From Bdellovibrionota bacterium (GTDB lineage: Bacteria > Bdellovibrionota_C > UBA2361 > CAKMMH01): a stretch of DNA of 64,000 bases. The first letter of the stretch is position 1, and every line of letters begins with the position of its first letter. Below, piece by piece: positions 19,448 to 29,490 of this stretch. The stretch covers positions 320,001 through 384,000 of the forward strand of contig JBMNLI010000017.1 in the NCBI GenBank assembly GCA_050952645.1. Direction: 5' to 3'. The notes under the pieces were generated by a model. That model was given only the letters and a program-made list of their open reading frames with translations. It made no database searches and was not told the DNA's origin. The position numbers and the translations under genes are program-made.

Positions 19448-19771
19448 GAAATAAATAATATTTTTATAATATAAGTGATGCTTCTTTTTAAAAGCATAAC
19501 TACTGTTATCACGCTAAAATAGCACACTTAAAAACGAGAAGCTAGTCTAAAATGAACTAACCCTATATAACCTCCTAGCTTTCTACAGAGTAGGTTGGAA
19601 AATATTTCTACTTCCCGCCCTTTCTCTGTAGAAAGCCTAGAAATTCCGTTTAGCCAACTTTGCTAGCGCTTTTTTGCGAAGTAGCAAATACATTAAGAAA
19701 GGATCACTCCATAGGCTACCTCCTTTCGTAAGCTAGGCAACTAGATAATTGTCGATAACGGAAATTACAAA
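19385..19771 (-). ncRNA. Candidate structured ncRNA / small-peptide RNA, unit A
   Basis: Minus-strand TTGATT-N17-TAAAAT (19806-19778), 13-bp perfect stem 19578-19590/19624-19636, two AGGAGG motifs, terminator 19385-19447, no long ORF. Confidence 0.4.
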
Positions 19772-19777
19772 TTGTAA

Positions 19778-19806
19778 ATTTTACTATATATAAAAAAATA
19801 AATCAA
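19778..19806 (-). promoter_or_regulatory. Sigma70-like promoter
   Basis: TTGATT-N17-TAAAAT on the minus strand. The AT-rich background lowers specificity. Confidence 0.45.
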
Positions 19807-20215
19807 GCTATTTTTTATTAAATTTAAAATTCACGAAATTTAGTGTCTAAGATATTTAAGTGTAGTTTAAATGTTGTTGTTAATATCAATATAAATAATC
19901 CTCCCCCGAAAAAACTTAAAGATAAGACTACTTAAAAAACGTGAAGATAACTTTACCTACTTTTAGTAAAATTCTTTAAAGATTATTTTTAAGCTTTGTA
20001 TGAAATATAGTTTTTTTTGGCTCTTCACGTTTTAGGTGGGTTTGCACGAATTAAACGTCATTCTAATTTAATGATAATAACTAGAGAAAAAAAAGAAGAT
20101 TATTAAGATAATTGGTTTAAAATATTTTTGAAATTGGGGTAAAACAGGACATGATATCATAATATTTATGATATTTGTTATTTATTCCCCCCACCCTTTT
20201 TGAAAGGAGTAAACC

Positions 20216-20320
20216 ATGTTCTGCAAAGAGTATAGTAAACTTTTTGATTATTTTATTCAAGCTAAAAATTATAAATATATAGATATTATTATAGAGAAAA
20301 ACAATTTTTTTGTATTTTAG
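20216..20320 (+). CDS. Candidate 34-aa small protein
   Basis: GAAAGGAG-N6-ATG; MFCKEYSKLFDYFIQAKNYKYIDIIIEKNNFFVF. Confidence 0.35.
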   Translation: MFCKEYSKLFDYFIQAKNYKYIDIIIEKNNFFVF

Positions 20321-20377
20321 AATTTGCTAGATGCTTAAAATAGATGCTTAAGAGTATCTTATTAAAATAGGAAAGAT

Positions 20378-20421
20378 AAAAAAAAGGTAGGGCGGTGGTT
20401 AAATGCCACGCAATCCCTACC
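20378..20421 (-). terminator. Intrinsic terminator
   Basis: A-run plus GGTAGGG...CCCTACC stem with an inner GTGG/CCAC pair. Confidence 0.65.
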
Positions 20422-20907
20422 AAGTTGTTCTTTTTACATAGCGGATTGTCAAATTAAACTAGACAAACCTAAAAACGCCAAGATGCGTATCGACTTTTAC
20501 TTACGACGAGTCCATAAACGCCTCCTTTCTGTAGGCTAAAAAACTGCGATACTCTGCGATACTTTTTTAAATGCTTTCAGAGGCTCTCTAGAGAGAAGAG
20601 TTGTTCCGCGACGTGGCGAAAAAGCGGTATAAAAAAAATATTAACTACACACCACGCGTGGCTCTTCTCTTAGAGAACCTCTACCCCTTTCCTATTGCTA
20701 CCTCCTTTGTCTTAAAGTTAGGACTAGGAAAGTCAAATGTTTTTCTTATTAGAATCTTTTTTAAAATCCCTAGCTAAGCTATCTCACCTCCTGCTAGTGC
20801 TAGGGGAAAGTTAACAAAAATTGTTCTCATAAAAAAATATATTGTAAAAAAGCTCTTAAGAGCCTTTGTTTTTTGCCTATCTGAACCTTCTATCAAAACA
20901 TTCTAGA
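20378..20907 (-). ncRNA. Candidate structured ncRNA / small-peptide RNA, unit B
   Basis: Minus-strand TTGACT-N18-TATAAT (20943-20914), long stem 20579-20600/20672-20692, three AGGAGG motifs, terminator 20378-20421. Confidence 0.4.
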
Positions 20908-20913
20908 GTGTCC

Positions 20914-20943
20914 ATTATATTACTATAAAAAACGCTTAGTCAA
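20914..20943 (-). promoter_or_regulatory. Sigma70-like promoter
   Basis: TTGACT-N18-TATAAT on the minus strand. Confidence 0.45.
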
Positions 20944-21071
20944 ATTTATTTTGACTATTCGTTTCGTATATATACACATCCTTACGACTTTCAAAAATGC
21001 TTCTAAAAAAATTAAAATTTTTATAACCATGCGAGTTTGCAGCGTTTTTTATAAGCCTCTTATTAAAATTT

Positions 21072-21267
21072 AAACTTTCCTTGTTTTACGTATACAATTT
21101 TAATTTTAATTGTATAACTCATCGAAATCATTAAAAAAAGTTTTTTAAATGTGCTTGCACAAAATACTAAAATAGCATACGTATATACGTATACCCTTAA
21201 GAAACGACAGATACTAGCCTTAGGCTAAATTTTGAACTCTTAAAAAACATAGTATAAGTAAAACAAA
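21072..21267. repeat. Dispersed MITE-like intergenic repeat (composite copy)
   Basis: The left half resembles 60117-60220 and the right half resembles 45337-45428 and 7605-7675. Ends TTGTTTTACGTATA / TATAAGTAAAACAA are imperfect inverted repeats. Confidence 0.65.
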
Positions 21268-21347
21268 TTACTTTAAATATTATTATATTTTAAAGAATCT
21301 CTTTATTTAGTCTTTTTTACCTAATCTTTTTTACCTAATCTTCCGCC

Positions 21348-23183
21348 CTAAAACTCTCTTACGAAAAGCTCTTGCCTTAGATACACAAACCTAGGTGAAA
21401 GTGGAGGAAGATTATTACCATCATTAAAATCCGTATCATAATTCCAATTTCTAGAAGGAGCCGTATAATAAGGATTTCCATAAACCCATTTTCCTCTTAC
21501 ATGCTTAGGAGTGCTTAAACTTACGAAAGACCCATTATAAGTTAAAGTCTTTCCGTTCCATTGCTCGTGAAGTCTTGGATAATTTTCAAGCCCTCCATTA
21601 TAACTTCCCCCTTGCCCCGCCGTTCCTTCAGCGCCTCCTGTGCTATCAGTGCCAGATAAAATTGCAGTGTTAATAGTCGTATTGCTAGCTATTTTTTGCG
21701 ACCAAGAAGACCAAGAGTCTTGCCACGAATTAGATAAAATATTAAAAGAGTCAGACATTACCGCAGCAGGTTTTTTTGCAACCGTGTTATAGTCGCCCTG
21801 CAAATATAAAGCTTGATTAGTTACGATAGTTAATCCCTTTATACTTGGAGCCCTAGATATGCTCGAACCTAAAAACGATGCCTTGCTAATACGAACGCCA
21901 TAAGGATTAGATGATTTCTCTGCATCTGGCCCCGATAAACTAAAATTAAAAACTATCCCTCCCTTGTCGGTAAGTCCTAAACTTTTACTCGTATCCCCTA
22001 GCCAATTAGTATTTTGTAGACAATTAAAAAGCGAACTTAAATCGACCTCAAACATTCTTATTTTTCTCTTCTCTCTTTCATTGTATAAAGATAACGTCGA
22101 GCCGACAGCTTTGCCGTTAATGTTTCCAGTGCAACCGTTTAATTTTGCAGTTTGCGACGTATTAACACTTTTATCAACATTTAACACTACCACCCCAGTT
22201 GAAGAATATGAATTATTAGGCTTATTCTCATTATTTAATTTTAGCTGAAGCCTTAAATCTGCCATAGAAAAATAATTAGAGCTAGGCTCAGGATTTAAAA
22301 TATCGGGGCTTGGCACCGTAACTTTCTCTACACCACTTTCTACCATTCCTTTCCAAGGGGTAAGATTAGTAATTTTCGTTCTTCTGCTACACCCATCATT
22401 CATAGCTAAAAGCGACACTGGGGCTATAATACGCACAGAACTATTGCAATTTGTATTATTTTTTTTTCCCCTATAAATATCCCCTGCAGCAGTTACTTGA
22501 CCATAAATGCTAAGAGTCCCTTCGGCATTTAAATATAGATCGCCATTAGTGTGAATAGGTCCCCTTAAAGTCATAGTTGCCCCTGGGGCTATCTCTAAAT
22601 CTTTATCGTAAAACACTGCGAATTGAAAAAGCGGAACTAGCCTATTTTTAAATTTTAATTGTAGCACACTTTCAGTTTGTCCTTGCAACCCTTTTGCTAA
22701 TGAAAAAACGGAATATCTATATTCTAATACGTTTAAATTCTGGTATCTTTCCCCTAAAGGAACGGTAGTGTTTATGGGATTTCCGTCGGCTTCCTTAACA
22801 TAAGTTAGAACCTTATTATTTTTAAAATTATATTCTTTACAAACAAAGTCCCCACTTCCTTTATTGCTCCCCTCGCAAGGATTATTATCCGTAGGAGAAG
22901 TGCCACTAGGCATATTATACCCAAGGAAAATATTTCTAATATCTTCCGCTCTAATATTTAGCCCAGCCTCTCCAGCAGCAAAGCCACTAACGGTATCTTT
23001 AGCATATTTTGTAGCGCCTAACTCTAAATGCGTAATTTTAAAATATGCCCCTAAAAGAGCTATTATAATAACAATAAAAAAAAGAACTACTATTAAAGCA
23101 AAGGCCTTCTCGCCCTTGTTTTTATTATATTTATCTTTGTTATATTTATTTTTATTATTCTCTTTCTTATTATGTTCTTTCAT
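21348..23183 (-). CDS. Large PilX/PilK-like minor pilin
   Basis: A|FALIVVL hydrophobic N-terminus lacking E5, FAAGEAGL, PIHTNGDLY, and C-terminal GGLENYPRLHEQW...YYTAPSRNWNYD...LPP. Last gene of a minor-pilin operon. Confidence 0.8.
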   Translation of the reverse strand: MKEHNKKENNKNKYNKDKYNKNKGEKAFALIVVLFFIVIIIALLGAYFKITHLELGATKYAKDTVSGFAAGEAGLNIRAEDIRNIFLGYNMPSGTSPTDNNPCEGSNKGSGDFVCKEYNFKNNKVLTYVKEADGNPINTTVPLGERYQNLNVLEYRYSVFSLAKGLQGQTESVLQLKFKNRLVPLFQFAVFYDKDLEIAPGATMTLRGPIHTNGDLYLNAEGTLSIYGQVTAAGDIYRGKKNNTNCNSSVRIIAPVSLLAMNDGCSRRTKITNLTPWKGMVESGVEKVTVPSPDILNPEPSSNYFSMADLRLQLKLNNENKPNNSYSSTGVVVLNVDKSVNTSQTAKLNGCTGNINGKAVGSTLSLYNEREKRKIRMFEVDLSSLFNCLQNTNWLGDTSKSLGLTDKGGIVFNFSLSGPDAEKSSNPYGVRISKASFLGSSISRAPSIKGLTIVTNQALYLQGDYNTVAKKPAAVMSDSFNILSNSWQDSWSSWSQKIASNTTINTAILSGTDSTGGAEGTAGQGGSYNGGLENYPRLHEQWNGKTLTYNGSFVSLSTPKHVRGKWVYGNPYYTAPSRNWNYDTDFNDGNNLPPLSPRFVYLRQELFVREF

Positions 23184-23264
23184 AGCTTAAGCCTTTTAAA
23201 TAAAATTTTTTAACCCCTCGCAAAAATAAACTACTTAATGAAGCAAAATATTTCAGCAAAATAT

Positions 23265-24155
23265 TTAATGCGATAAAATATTTCGTGGATAGAAACTAGC
23301 ACTTAATTCTTTTTCTACCATTTTTTTCATAAAACTTTTTTCATTTCCTATCGTGATATGAATAGTAGCTATATCTGACCACATATCGCCACTTTCTGGT
23401 AAAAAAGTATCATGAACCACACCATCTTCAGTTTCTATATTAACTAGAAATTTTTTTACATTATTTATTATTTTTTTCGGATTGTGCGTCTGCCCATTCT
23501 CAATTAAAACTAAAAAGCCATCTTGAAGAAAAAATTGCCACTCCTCTACCATATACATAGCAGAAGCTCCTACATTATAATCATTAGATGCTGAAAAACT
23601 ATTTACTATTAGCGAATGCTCGGCAGACGTATCACTTTCCCCCTTATAAGTGAAAAACTCTCCCTTATTTTCTGCCATATCGTAAATAAAGGGATAAGCG
23701 ATGTTTCCATGTTGAAGTCTATACTGTTTCCAAACATCGAAGTTATAAATATTGTCTGAATATATACATCCAGAGGTAGTGCCTGCTAATGAAAATTTAA
23801 TTTCAGAAACCGTGCTTCCCTTAGCTATAGGCTCACATACTTTTAATATTTCATCTAACATATTTCTTCTTATAGTTAATATTGATGTGCCTAAAGTGGC
23901 ATCTTGCCTTAACTCAACGGCTGGAAAATTTTTTGCTAAATTTTCACCAGCCTCTTTTACATCTGCCGATATTATGGCCATAGCATTTTTTAGGTCTTGA
24001 TTTAAACTAGTTCTAACTATATCTGCACTATAAAGATTATTATTTACGATTATCGTTTGACAAAGAAGCGCTACTATCAGCATGCTTAAAAACAAGCATA
24101 CTAATAGCTCAACTAGCGTAAAACCTTTTTGATTTAAATTTTTAATTTTTCTCAT
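23265..24155 (-). CDS. PilW-like minor pilin
   Basis: KG|FTLVELLV prepilin motif, 296 aa, operon position. Confidence 0.85.
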   Translation of the reverse strand: MRKIKNLNQKGFTLVELLVCLFLSMLIVALLCQTIIVNNNLYSADIVRTSLNQDLKNAMAIISADVKEAGENLAKNFPAVELRQDATLGTSILTIRRNMLDEILKVCEPIAKGSTVSEIKFSLAGTTSGCIYSDNIYNFDVWKQYRLQHGNIAYPFIYDMAENKGEFFTYKGESDTSAEHSLIVNSFSASNDYNVGASAMYMVEEWQFFLQDGFLVLIENGQTHNPKKIINNVKKFLVNIETEDGVVHDTFLPESGDMWSDIATIHITIGNEKSFMKKMVEKELSASFYPRNILSH

Positions 24156-24213
24156 AAATTAAAAAATATTTTTTATACTTTTATATTTATATTTATATTT
24201 ATATTTATATTTT

Positions 24214-24594
24214 TTATTTTAACTGTGTATAAACCGTTTCAACACTATAAACTATTTCATTATTATGGGCTATATCTATAGTAATATGGCGACTTGCCGT
24301 CTTGCAATATTCATTCTTTTTACAAAAAGAGATAGTTGAAAGTAATTTTCTAGAACCTATATTATATTCCTTAGTTTCAGAACCACTTTTAGGATACGAC
24401 GTTATATCCTCTTTTCTTATATGATTTAAAATCTTATCTGCTAAATTAATCGCAACCGTTTTAGTTTCCGAAGCCGCATTAAACTTTGCTTGGTTCATAA
24501 ATGCAGGAGCCGTAGAAGCACATACCGTAAGAAAAATAAATAGTGCTATAACCACCTCTATTAGTGTAAATCCCCTACTAGAGCTTTTCTTCAT
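24214..24594 (-). CDS. PilV-like minor pilin
   Basis: RG|FTLIEVVIAL prepilin motif, 126 aa. Confidence 0.85.
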   Translation of the reverse strand: MKKSSSRGFTLIEVVIALFIFLTVCASTAPAFMNQAKFNAASETKTVAINLADKILNHIRKEDITSYPKSGSETKEYNIGSRKLLSTISFCKKNEYCKTASRHITIDIAHNNEIVYSVETVYTQLK

Positions 24595-25045
24595 ATATAG
24601 CCCCTCCTAACATTACACTAATTTTTCTCACCTTTCCTTTATTATCACCAAGCTCAAAATCTATTACATCACTAAGAAACCCACGTGAATTAAAACAAGT
24701 GTTAAAACCAGTTTTTAAAAACTCGACTTCTTTAGATAATTTAAAGCCTTCACTAGGTTCTAAATTCCATACAGTGCTTTCACAATTTTTAGCAGAATAT
24801 ACTTTTAATTCCTTTGAAGAATCACAAACTACTTTGTACGATTTCGTATGCGACATAGACTTTAATTTTATCTTACCTATAAAACCTTTAAGGCTTGCTA
24901 CATCGTTTTTTAATGGGTCATCAAACTCTTTAAAATTAACTGCACCTATGCTAGCTACAATCGTAGCCAAGAGCATTACTACGAGAAGTTCTAGAAAAGT
25001 AAAACCAAAAGAATTATTTTTTTTAAAAAAGATGCGACCTTTCAC
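24578..25045 (-). CDS. FimT/FimU (GspH)-like minor pilin
   Basis: FG|FTFLELLVV prepilin motif and FNSRG near the C-terminus. Confidence 0.85.
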   Translation of the reverse strand: MKGRIFFKKNNSFGFTFLELLVVMLLATIVASIGAVNFKEFDDPLKNDVASLKGFIGKIKLKSMSHTKSYKVVCDSSKELKVYSAKNCESTVWNLEPSEGFKLSKEVEFLKTGFNTCFNSRGFLSDVIDFELGDNKGKVRKISVMLGGAIYEEKL

Positions 25046-25311
25046 GAGATAGAATTTCGGAACTTAACGAATTTACTTTATAATTTGAAGCTTTTTAGTT
25101 TAAGTTTTTTAGTTCTTATTTGATGGTTTTACTACTTTTTTTTAGCTCTTTTTTTAGCTCTTTGCACTTAAAACGTGGCTTTTAAAAAAAACAAATTTTC
25201 CTGCCACACCTAAAAATGTGAAAAATTTTTTTTAGTTCTAAACGTTTTATGGAGCTTAAGCTCTTAAAATTAAAATTAAAAATCACAGCAAACGAGGCAA
25301 GAAAAGGTTTT

Positions 25312-26178
25312 TCACATTCTATTTTTCATTATACCTATAAAATATTTTAAATTATCGAAAGTTAGCAAGTTATCTAGAGACCTCAACTTTTCTATTAAAC
25401 TATAAATCTTATTTTCACTATTTTTTAAAGCCTCTAACCCCTTTTCTTTGCTTGCAACATTAAAGATAGTAAATTTTTCATTTTTTTCATCGCTACTTTG
25501 CGGTTTTCCCCTACTTTCTTTAGTTCCAAAAATATCTATATAATCATCTATTATTTGAAAATATACACCTATCTTAGCACCTAATTTTAATGCGATTTGA
25601 GTAAAATCTTCGTTTTTTTCTCCTATTATACTAGCAAACCCGAGAATGGCTTTGAAAAGCCCCCCAGTCTTTAACTCATAAATCTTTAACAGTGAAGCTT
25701 TTTTTTGCTCATTTTCTAAAATATCTAATTGTTGACCGTTGCATAGCTCTAAAAAGGCGTTAGATAAAACGGCACTTAACTTAACTTTAATATCATCACT
25801 ATAAGAGCTTTTAGCAATAGTTTTAAGCGCAAACATAGGCAAAAAATCTCCTGCTAATATTGCAGAAGCTTCCCCATAAGCTTTATGACAAGACGGGCTC
25901 CCTCTCCTAAAATCATCATCGTCAAAAGCTGGTAAATCATCATGAATAAGCGAAGCGCAATGTAAAAACTCTATCGCAATACTAGCTCTTAACGCTATAT
26001 TAGGGTCTTTTTTTAAATCTTCCATTAGTGCTAACACCATTAAAGGCCTTATTCTTTTACCAGCAGGAAATATAGAGTAATAAACGGCGCCTTTCATAGG
26101 TTCTTCTATTGCTTGCGCATCTAAGACGCTTTTTAACTCTTCTTCAATTTTTTCTAAATAAAAATTATTGTTAAACAT
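25312..26178 (-). CDS. ispA: Polyprenyl (farnesyl/geranylgeranyl) diphosphate synthase
   Basis: GKRIRP, SLIHDDLPAFDDDDFRRG, GQQLD, KTG, FQIIDD. Confidence 0.93.
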   Translation of the reverse strand: MFNNNFYLEKIEEELKSVLDAQAIEEPMKGAVYYSIFPAGKRIRPLMVLALMEDLKKDPNIALRASIAIEFLHCASLIHDDLPAFDDDDFRRGSPSCHKAYGEASAILAGDFLPMFALKTIAKSSYSDDIKVKLSAVLSNAFLELCNGQQLDILENEQKKASLLKIYELKTGGLFKAILGFASIIGEKNEDFTQIALKLGAKIGVYFQIIDDYIDIFGTKESRGKPQSSDEKNEKFTIFNVASKEKGLEALKNSENKIYSLIEKLRSLDNLLTFDNLKYFIGIMKNRM

Positions 26179-26265
26179 ATAAACTATATTACATAATACT
26201 TAATTTTTTTACAATGATTAAAATAACGTGCGTATTAGCAAGCGTAAAATAAAGCAAAGTTTATT

Positions 26266-26445
26266 TTATATCATTTCACGATAATAATTTATGTCGTTTC
26301 ACGAGCATTACTTATCTCATTTCACTATAAAATATCGCCATTAAAAACTAACGTGAAACGACATAAGAATAATACTTAAAAACCTAAAACCAACTATCGT
26401 GAAATGAGATAAAAATTAAAAATAGACTAACGTGAAATGAGATAA
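26266..26445. repeat. Iteron-like array 2 (3 inverted + 3 direct copies)
   Basis: CGTGAAA(T/C)GA(G/C/T)ATAA is inverted at 26266, 26289 and 26312 (23-bp period) and direct at 26352, 26398 and 26431. Confidence 0.8.
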
Positions 26446-26752
26446 AAGAATATATAAAATTATAAGCTCTTATCTTACAAATATTTTACTTAAAGTTTGT
26501 ACAAAAAAAACCATGTCTTTAAAAACTATGTCTTTAAAAAAATGTCGTTAAAAAAATATCGATATTTTTTTTAAATTTCTTATCAAAGCATATTCTACTT
26601 TTTATTTAAATATATCAATATATATATGTACAAAAAATAAAAGACTAAACTCTAAACTGCACAAAAGGAAAACGATTTAGGGACAAAGAAAATAAGGAAT
26701 GGGACATATTAAAGAAAAAAAATACATAACAAAATCAAGGCATTATGCCGAC

Positions 26753-26769
26753 TGTCCCACGGCGGGACA
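26753..26769. promoter_or_regulatory. parS-like palindrome 1
   Basis: TGTCCCACGGCGGGACA, a GC-rich imperfect palindrome downstream of parB. Confidence 0.5.
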
Positions 26770-27247
26770 ACCTGCAAAGGGGAAGATCTTTACCCTACTT
26801 TCCTTGCTTAATGATCAAAGAGAGCCTTTTCTTTATTTTAAAAACAAAAGAGATGTTTTATTTAAAAAAATTAAGCAGCCACTAAAGAAAAAATGCCTAC
26901 TTAGCATTATTAGACTAAATGCTACTAACTAGCACGATTACCTTAAAAATTAGCTTAAGTAGATATCTTGTCTTTACATAAACTAAAAACGAAACTAAAA
27001 ACGACATGAAAAACCTTGCTAATATTCCATATAAATTTAGCTTTTTACAACCAAAGGTGTTTATAAAAATACTAGAAAGACGCTAAAAAGACGCCTGTTT
27101 TTAGTAAAATTAACTTTAAAAATCTCGCACTAGTTTCTAGCAAACTAGAGCTACAAAACTAGCTTAATAATAGAAGAAAAACCTAAGTCAAAAACCCCAT
27201 AAAAATCCTCTAGTTAGTCCTTTAAAACCCGTTTGGCAATGCGCAGA

Positions 27248-27264
27248 CGTCCCCCCGTGGGACA
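27248..27264. promoter_or_regulatory. parS-like palindrome 2
   Basis: Its reverse complement TGTCCCACGGGGGGACG is 15/17 identical to palindrome 1. Confidence 0.5.
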
Positions 27265-27469
27265 AGCAAGCGAAAGTAAATAAATAAAACTCCATGAATC
27301 TTCACTTTTAAAATAGCTAATTAAAATAGCAAGAAATGTTTTTTTTAAAGATGAAATTAAAAAGAAATTAGCTTAAGATTAAAAGAATTGCTTAAAATTA
27401 TGGTTATATTAAAGTATTTTATATTTAGCAAAACCTTTTAAAGATCAATTTTCTTTACTACCTTTTTAT

Positions 27470-27548
27470 TGTTTGTTCTTTATTGTTTGTCCTTTATTGT
27501 TTGTCCTTTATTGCTTGTTCTTTATTATTTATTCTTTATTGCTTATTA
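27470..27548. repeat. 14-bp degenerate tandem repeat
   Basis: TTTATTGTTTGT(T/C)C-like unit, about 5 copies. Confidence 0.7.
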
Positions 27549-27749
27549 TTTGCTACCTTATAGCAGATAATGCTAATTTTAAGAGCTAAAACTACTTTTA
27601 AAGGTTTAAAAACCATTTTTTATGGCGATTTTTTGGCGATTTTCTTTTAGTTAGAGAAAATATTAGAAGAAAAAAACGAATCTTATGCACCTAGAAACAC
27701 CTAGCAGCGTAAAAATAACTCGCATTTTGGTGTTTATATTAGTGAGGCA

Positions 27750-28622
27750 TTACACTTCAGACATAAGCTTTCTGTAAACTATTTGAAGATCATCGGTCCG
27801 TATAGAACTCTACGACTAGCTTTCCACTATCACTATTAGGCGTGCGGTTTACTTTTACCTTTAATCCTAGTGCAGAGCGAAGTTCGTTTTCTAATCTTTG
27901 CGTGCTTCTGCTCTAAATGCCTTACTTCTTTTACTCTTTTTTGCCCATTATAGCCGTTTTTAGTATAGCCTGGTTCTAAGTGAATCTCTTGAAATTGTGT
28001 TTATTTCGCTTAAGTAAACTGCTCCTCTCTTCTTTAGTTGGAATATTAGCTAAAAGCAACACTTTAGACTCTGAATGACCTTTTTCTTAATGCTTCTATA
28101 AGGTCATCTGGTAAATTTAATATATCTAAAGATCTTTGAACGGAACTCTTAGAGATACTTAGCTTACTAGCGATATCACGAACGCTTTAAATTGTAAGCA
28201 TCTCGAAGAGATGCTATAGCAATAGCTTTTTCATAAGAATTTAAATCTACTCTCTGTAAGTTCTCAACTAGTTGAACTTGCAAGATTTCTTCATTATCTG
28301 TTGATTGGTACTACGACTACTGGAACTTTTGCAAGACCTGCTAATTTTGCCGCCCTTAATCTTCTTTCTCCTGCTACTAACACGAAACCGTTTTTTGCTT
28401 CTCTAACGGTTAAAGGTTTGTAAAATTCCATAATGATTTTATAGATTCTGCACAGTTTCATTTAACTTTTTCTTCATCGAAATCTTTTCTAGGTTGAGTT
28501 TTATCTAATTGTATTAAATCGACTAGAATTTCCTTGTAAGGTGTTGAAATCTCTTGCCTTTCTTTTAACGCTGGTCCTGCAAAAAGAGGATTATTTGCTA
28601 GATTAATTTTCTTTGCTGCCAT
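27750..28622 (-). pseudogene. parB: ParB/Spo0J partition protein, multiply frameshifted (sequence errors or decay)
   Basis: MAAKKINLANNPLF...QPRKDFD, LVAGERRLRAAKLAGL, QLVENLQRVDLN, HTH DIASKLSISKSSVQRSL, C-terminal GKLVVEFY. The motifs are spread over several frames. Confidence 0.88.
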
Positions 28623-28692
28623 TAAATTTTACTCCTATTATCAATTAGTTATCATCAATTATTTATTATCAATTTATTTATTATCATTATTA

Positions 28693-29490
28693 TTAATTAT
28701 TATTATTATCGCTATCAACTTCGTTAGCTAAATCTCTATAATCGTCTGCCCCTCTTTCTTTTGGAGCATATTCAAAGATCGTTTGTCCATTAGATGGCGC
28801 TTCAGCGAGTGCAACATTAGTTTTTATTACAGTTTCAAAAAACCAAATCTCCAAAATACGATCTAATAGTATCTGAAATGGCTCTAGCTAATTTTCTTCT
28901 ATTATCGTGTAAGCAAATAAGCACCCCTCTAACCTTAAGCACTGGATTAAACACGCTTCTTACTTGGTCTATAGTATCTAAAAGCTGGCGAACGCCGTGA
29001 AGTGCTAAATATTCGCTTTGAACTGGTATTATAACGCTATCTGCTGATGCTAAAGCGTTAAGCGATAAAAGCCCTAAAGCTGGCGGACAATCTATAATAA
29101 CGTAATCGTAATTACTTTTAATTTTTTCTAATGCTCTTCTTAAAATAAGCTCTCTACCTACGATGCCCCCAAGTTCTAAGTCTGCCGCACTTAATGATAA
29201 ACTAGAGGGGATAACATCTAAGTTTTGAGACCTATGAACGACACATCTTCTACAGTCCTTAGTCCCCCTTAATATATCGTAGCTTGAAGGTATTCTATAT
29301 CCTCTATGCCCTCTTGAAAGTCGCCCTCTTGCACCCCAACACCTAAATGCGTCGTCATATTACTTTGTGCGTCCATATCAAAAAGCAATACTTTTCTGCC
29401 TTTTTCTGCTAAAGCTGCACCTAAATTTACGGTAGTTGTAGTCTTTCCAACCCCACCTTTTTGATTGATTATTGCGATAGTCGTAGTCAC
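28693..29490 (-). pseudogene. parA: ParA/Soj ATPase, frameshifted (sequence errors or decay)
   Basis: AGGAGG plus GTG start; [56 protein letters not shown]. Confidence 0.9.

Noticed and set aside
19650..19712. TGA recoding (ATG GAG TGA after a strong RBS)
   Set aside because: Conserved genes use TGG for Trp and TGA as a stop (e.g. the M50 protease and ispA), so the standard code applies.
19701..19727. 16S rRNA 3'-end fragment (GGATCAC...CCTCCTTT)
   Set aside because: Only a short interrupted match with no other rRNA sequence. Treated as part of the SD-motif units.
26699..26932. 77-aa ORF downstream of parB
   Set aside because: No recognisable features, and it overlaps the parS-like site in AT-rich intergenic DNA. 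Probably spurious.
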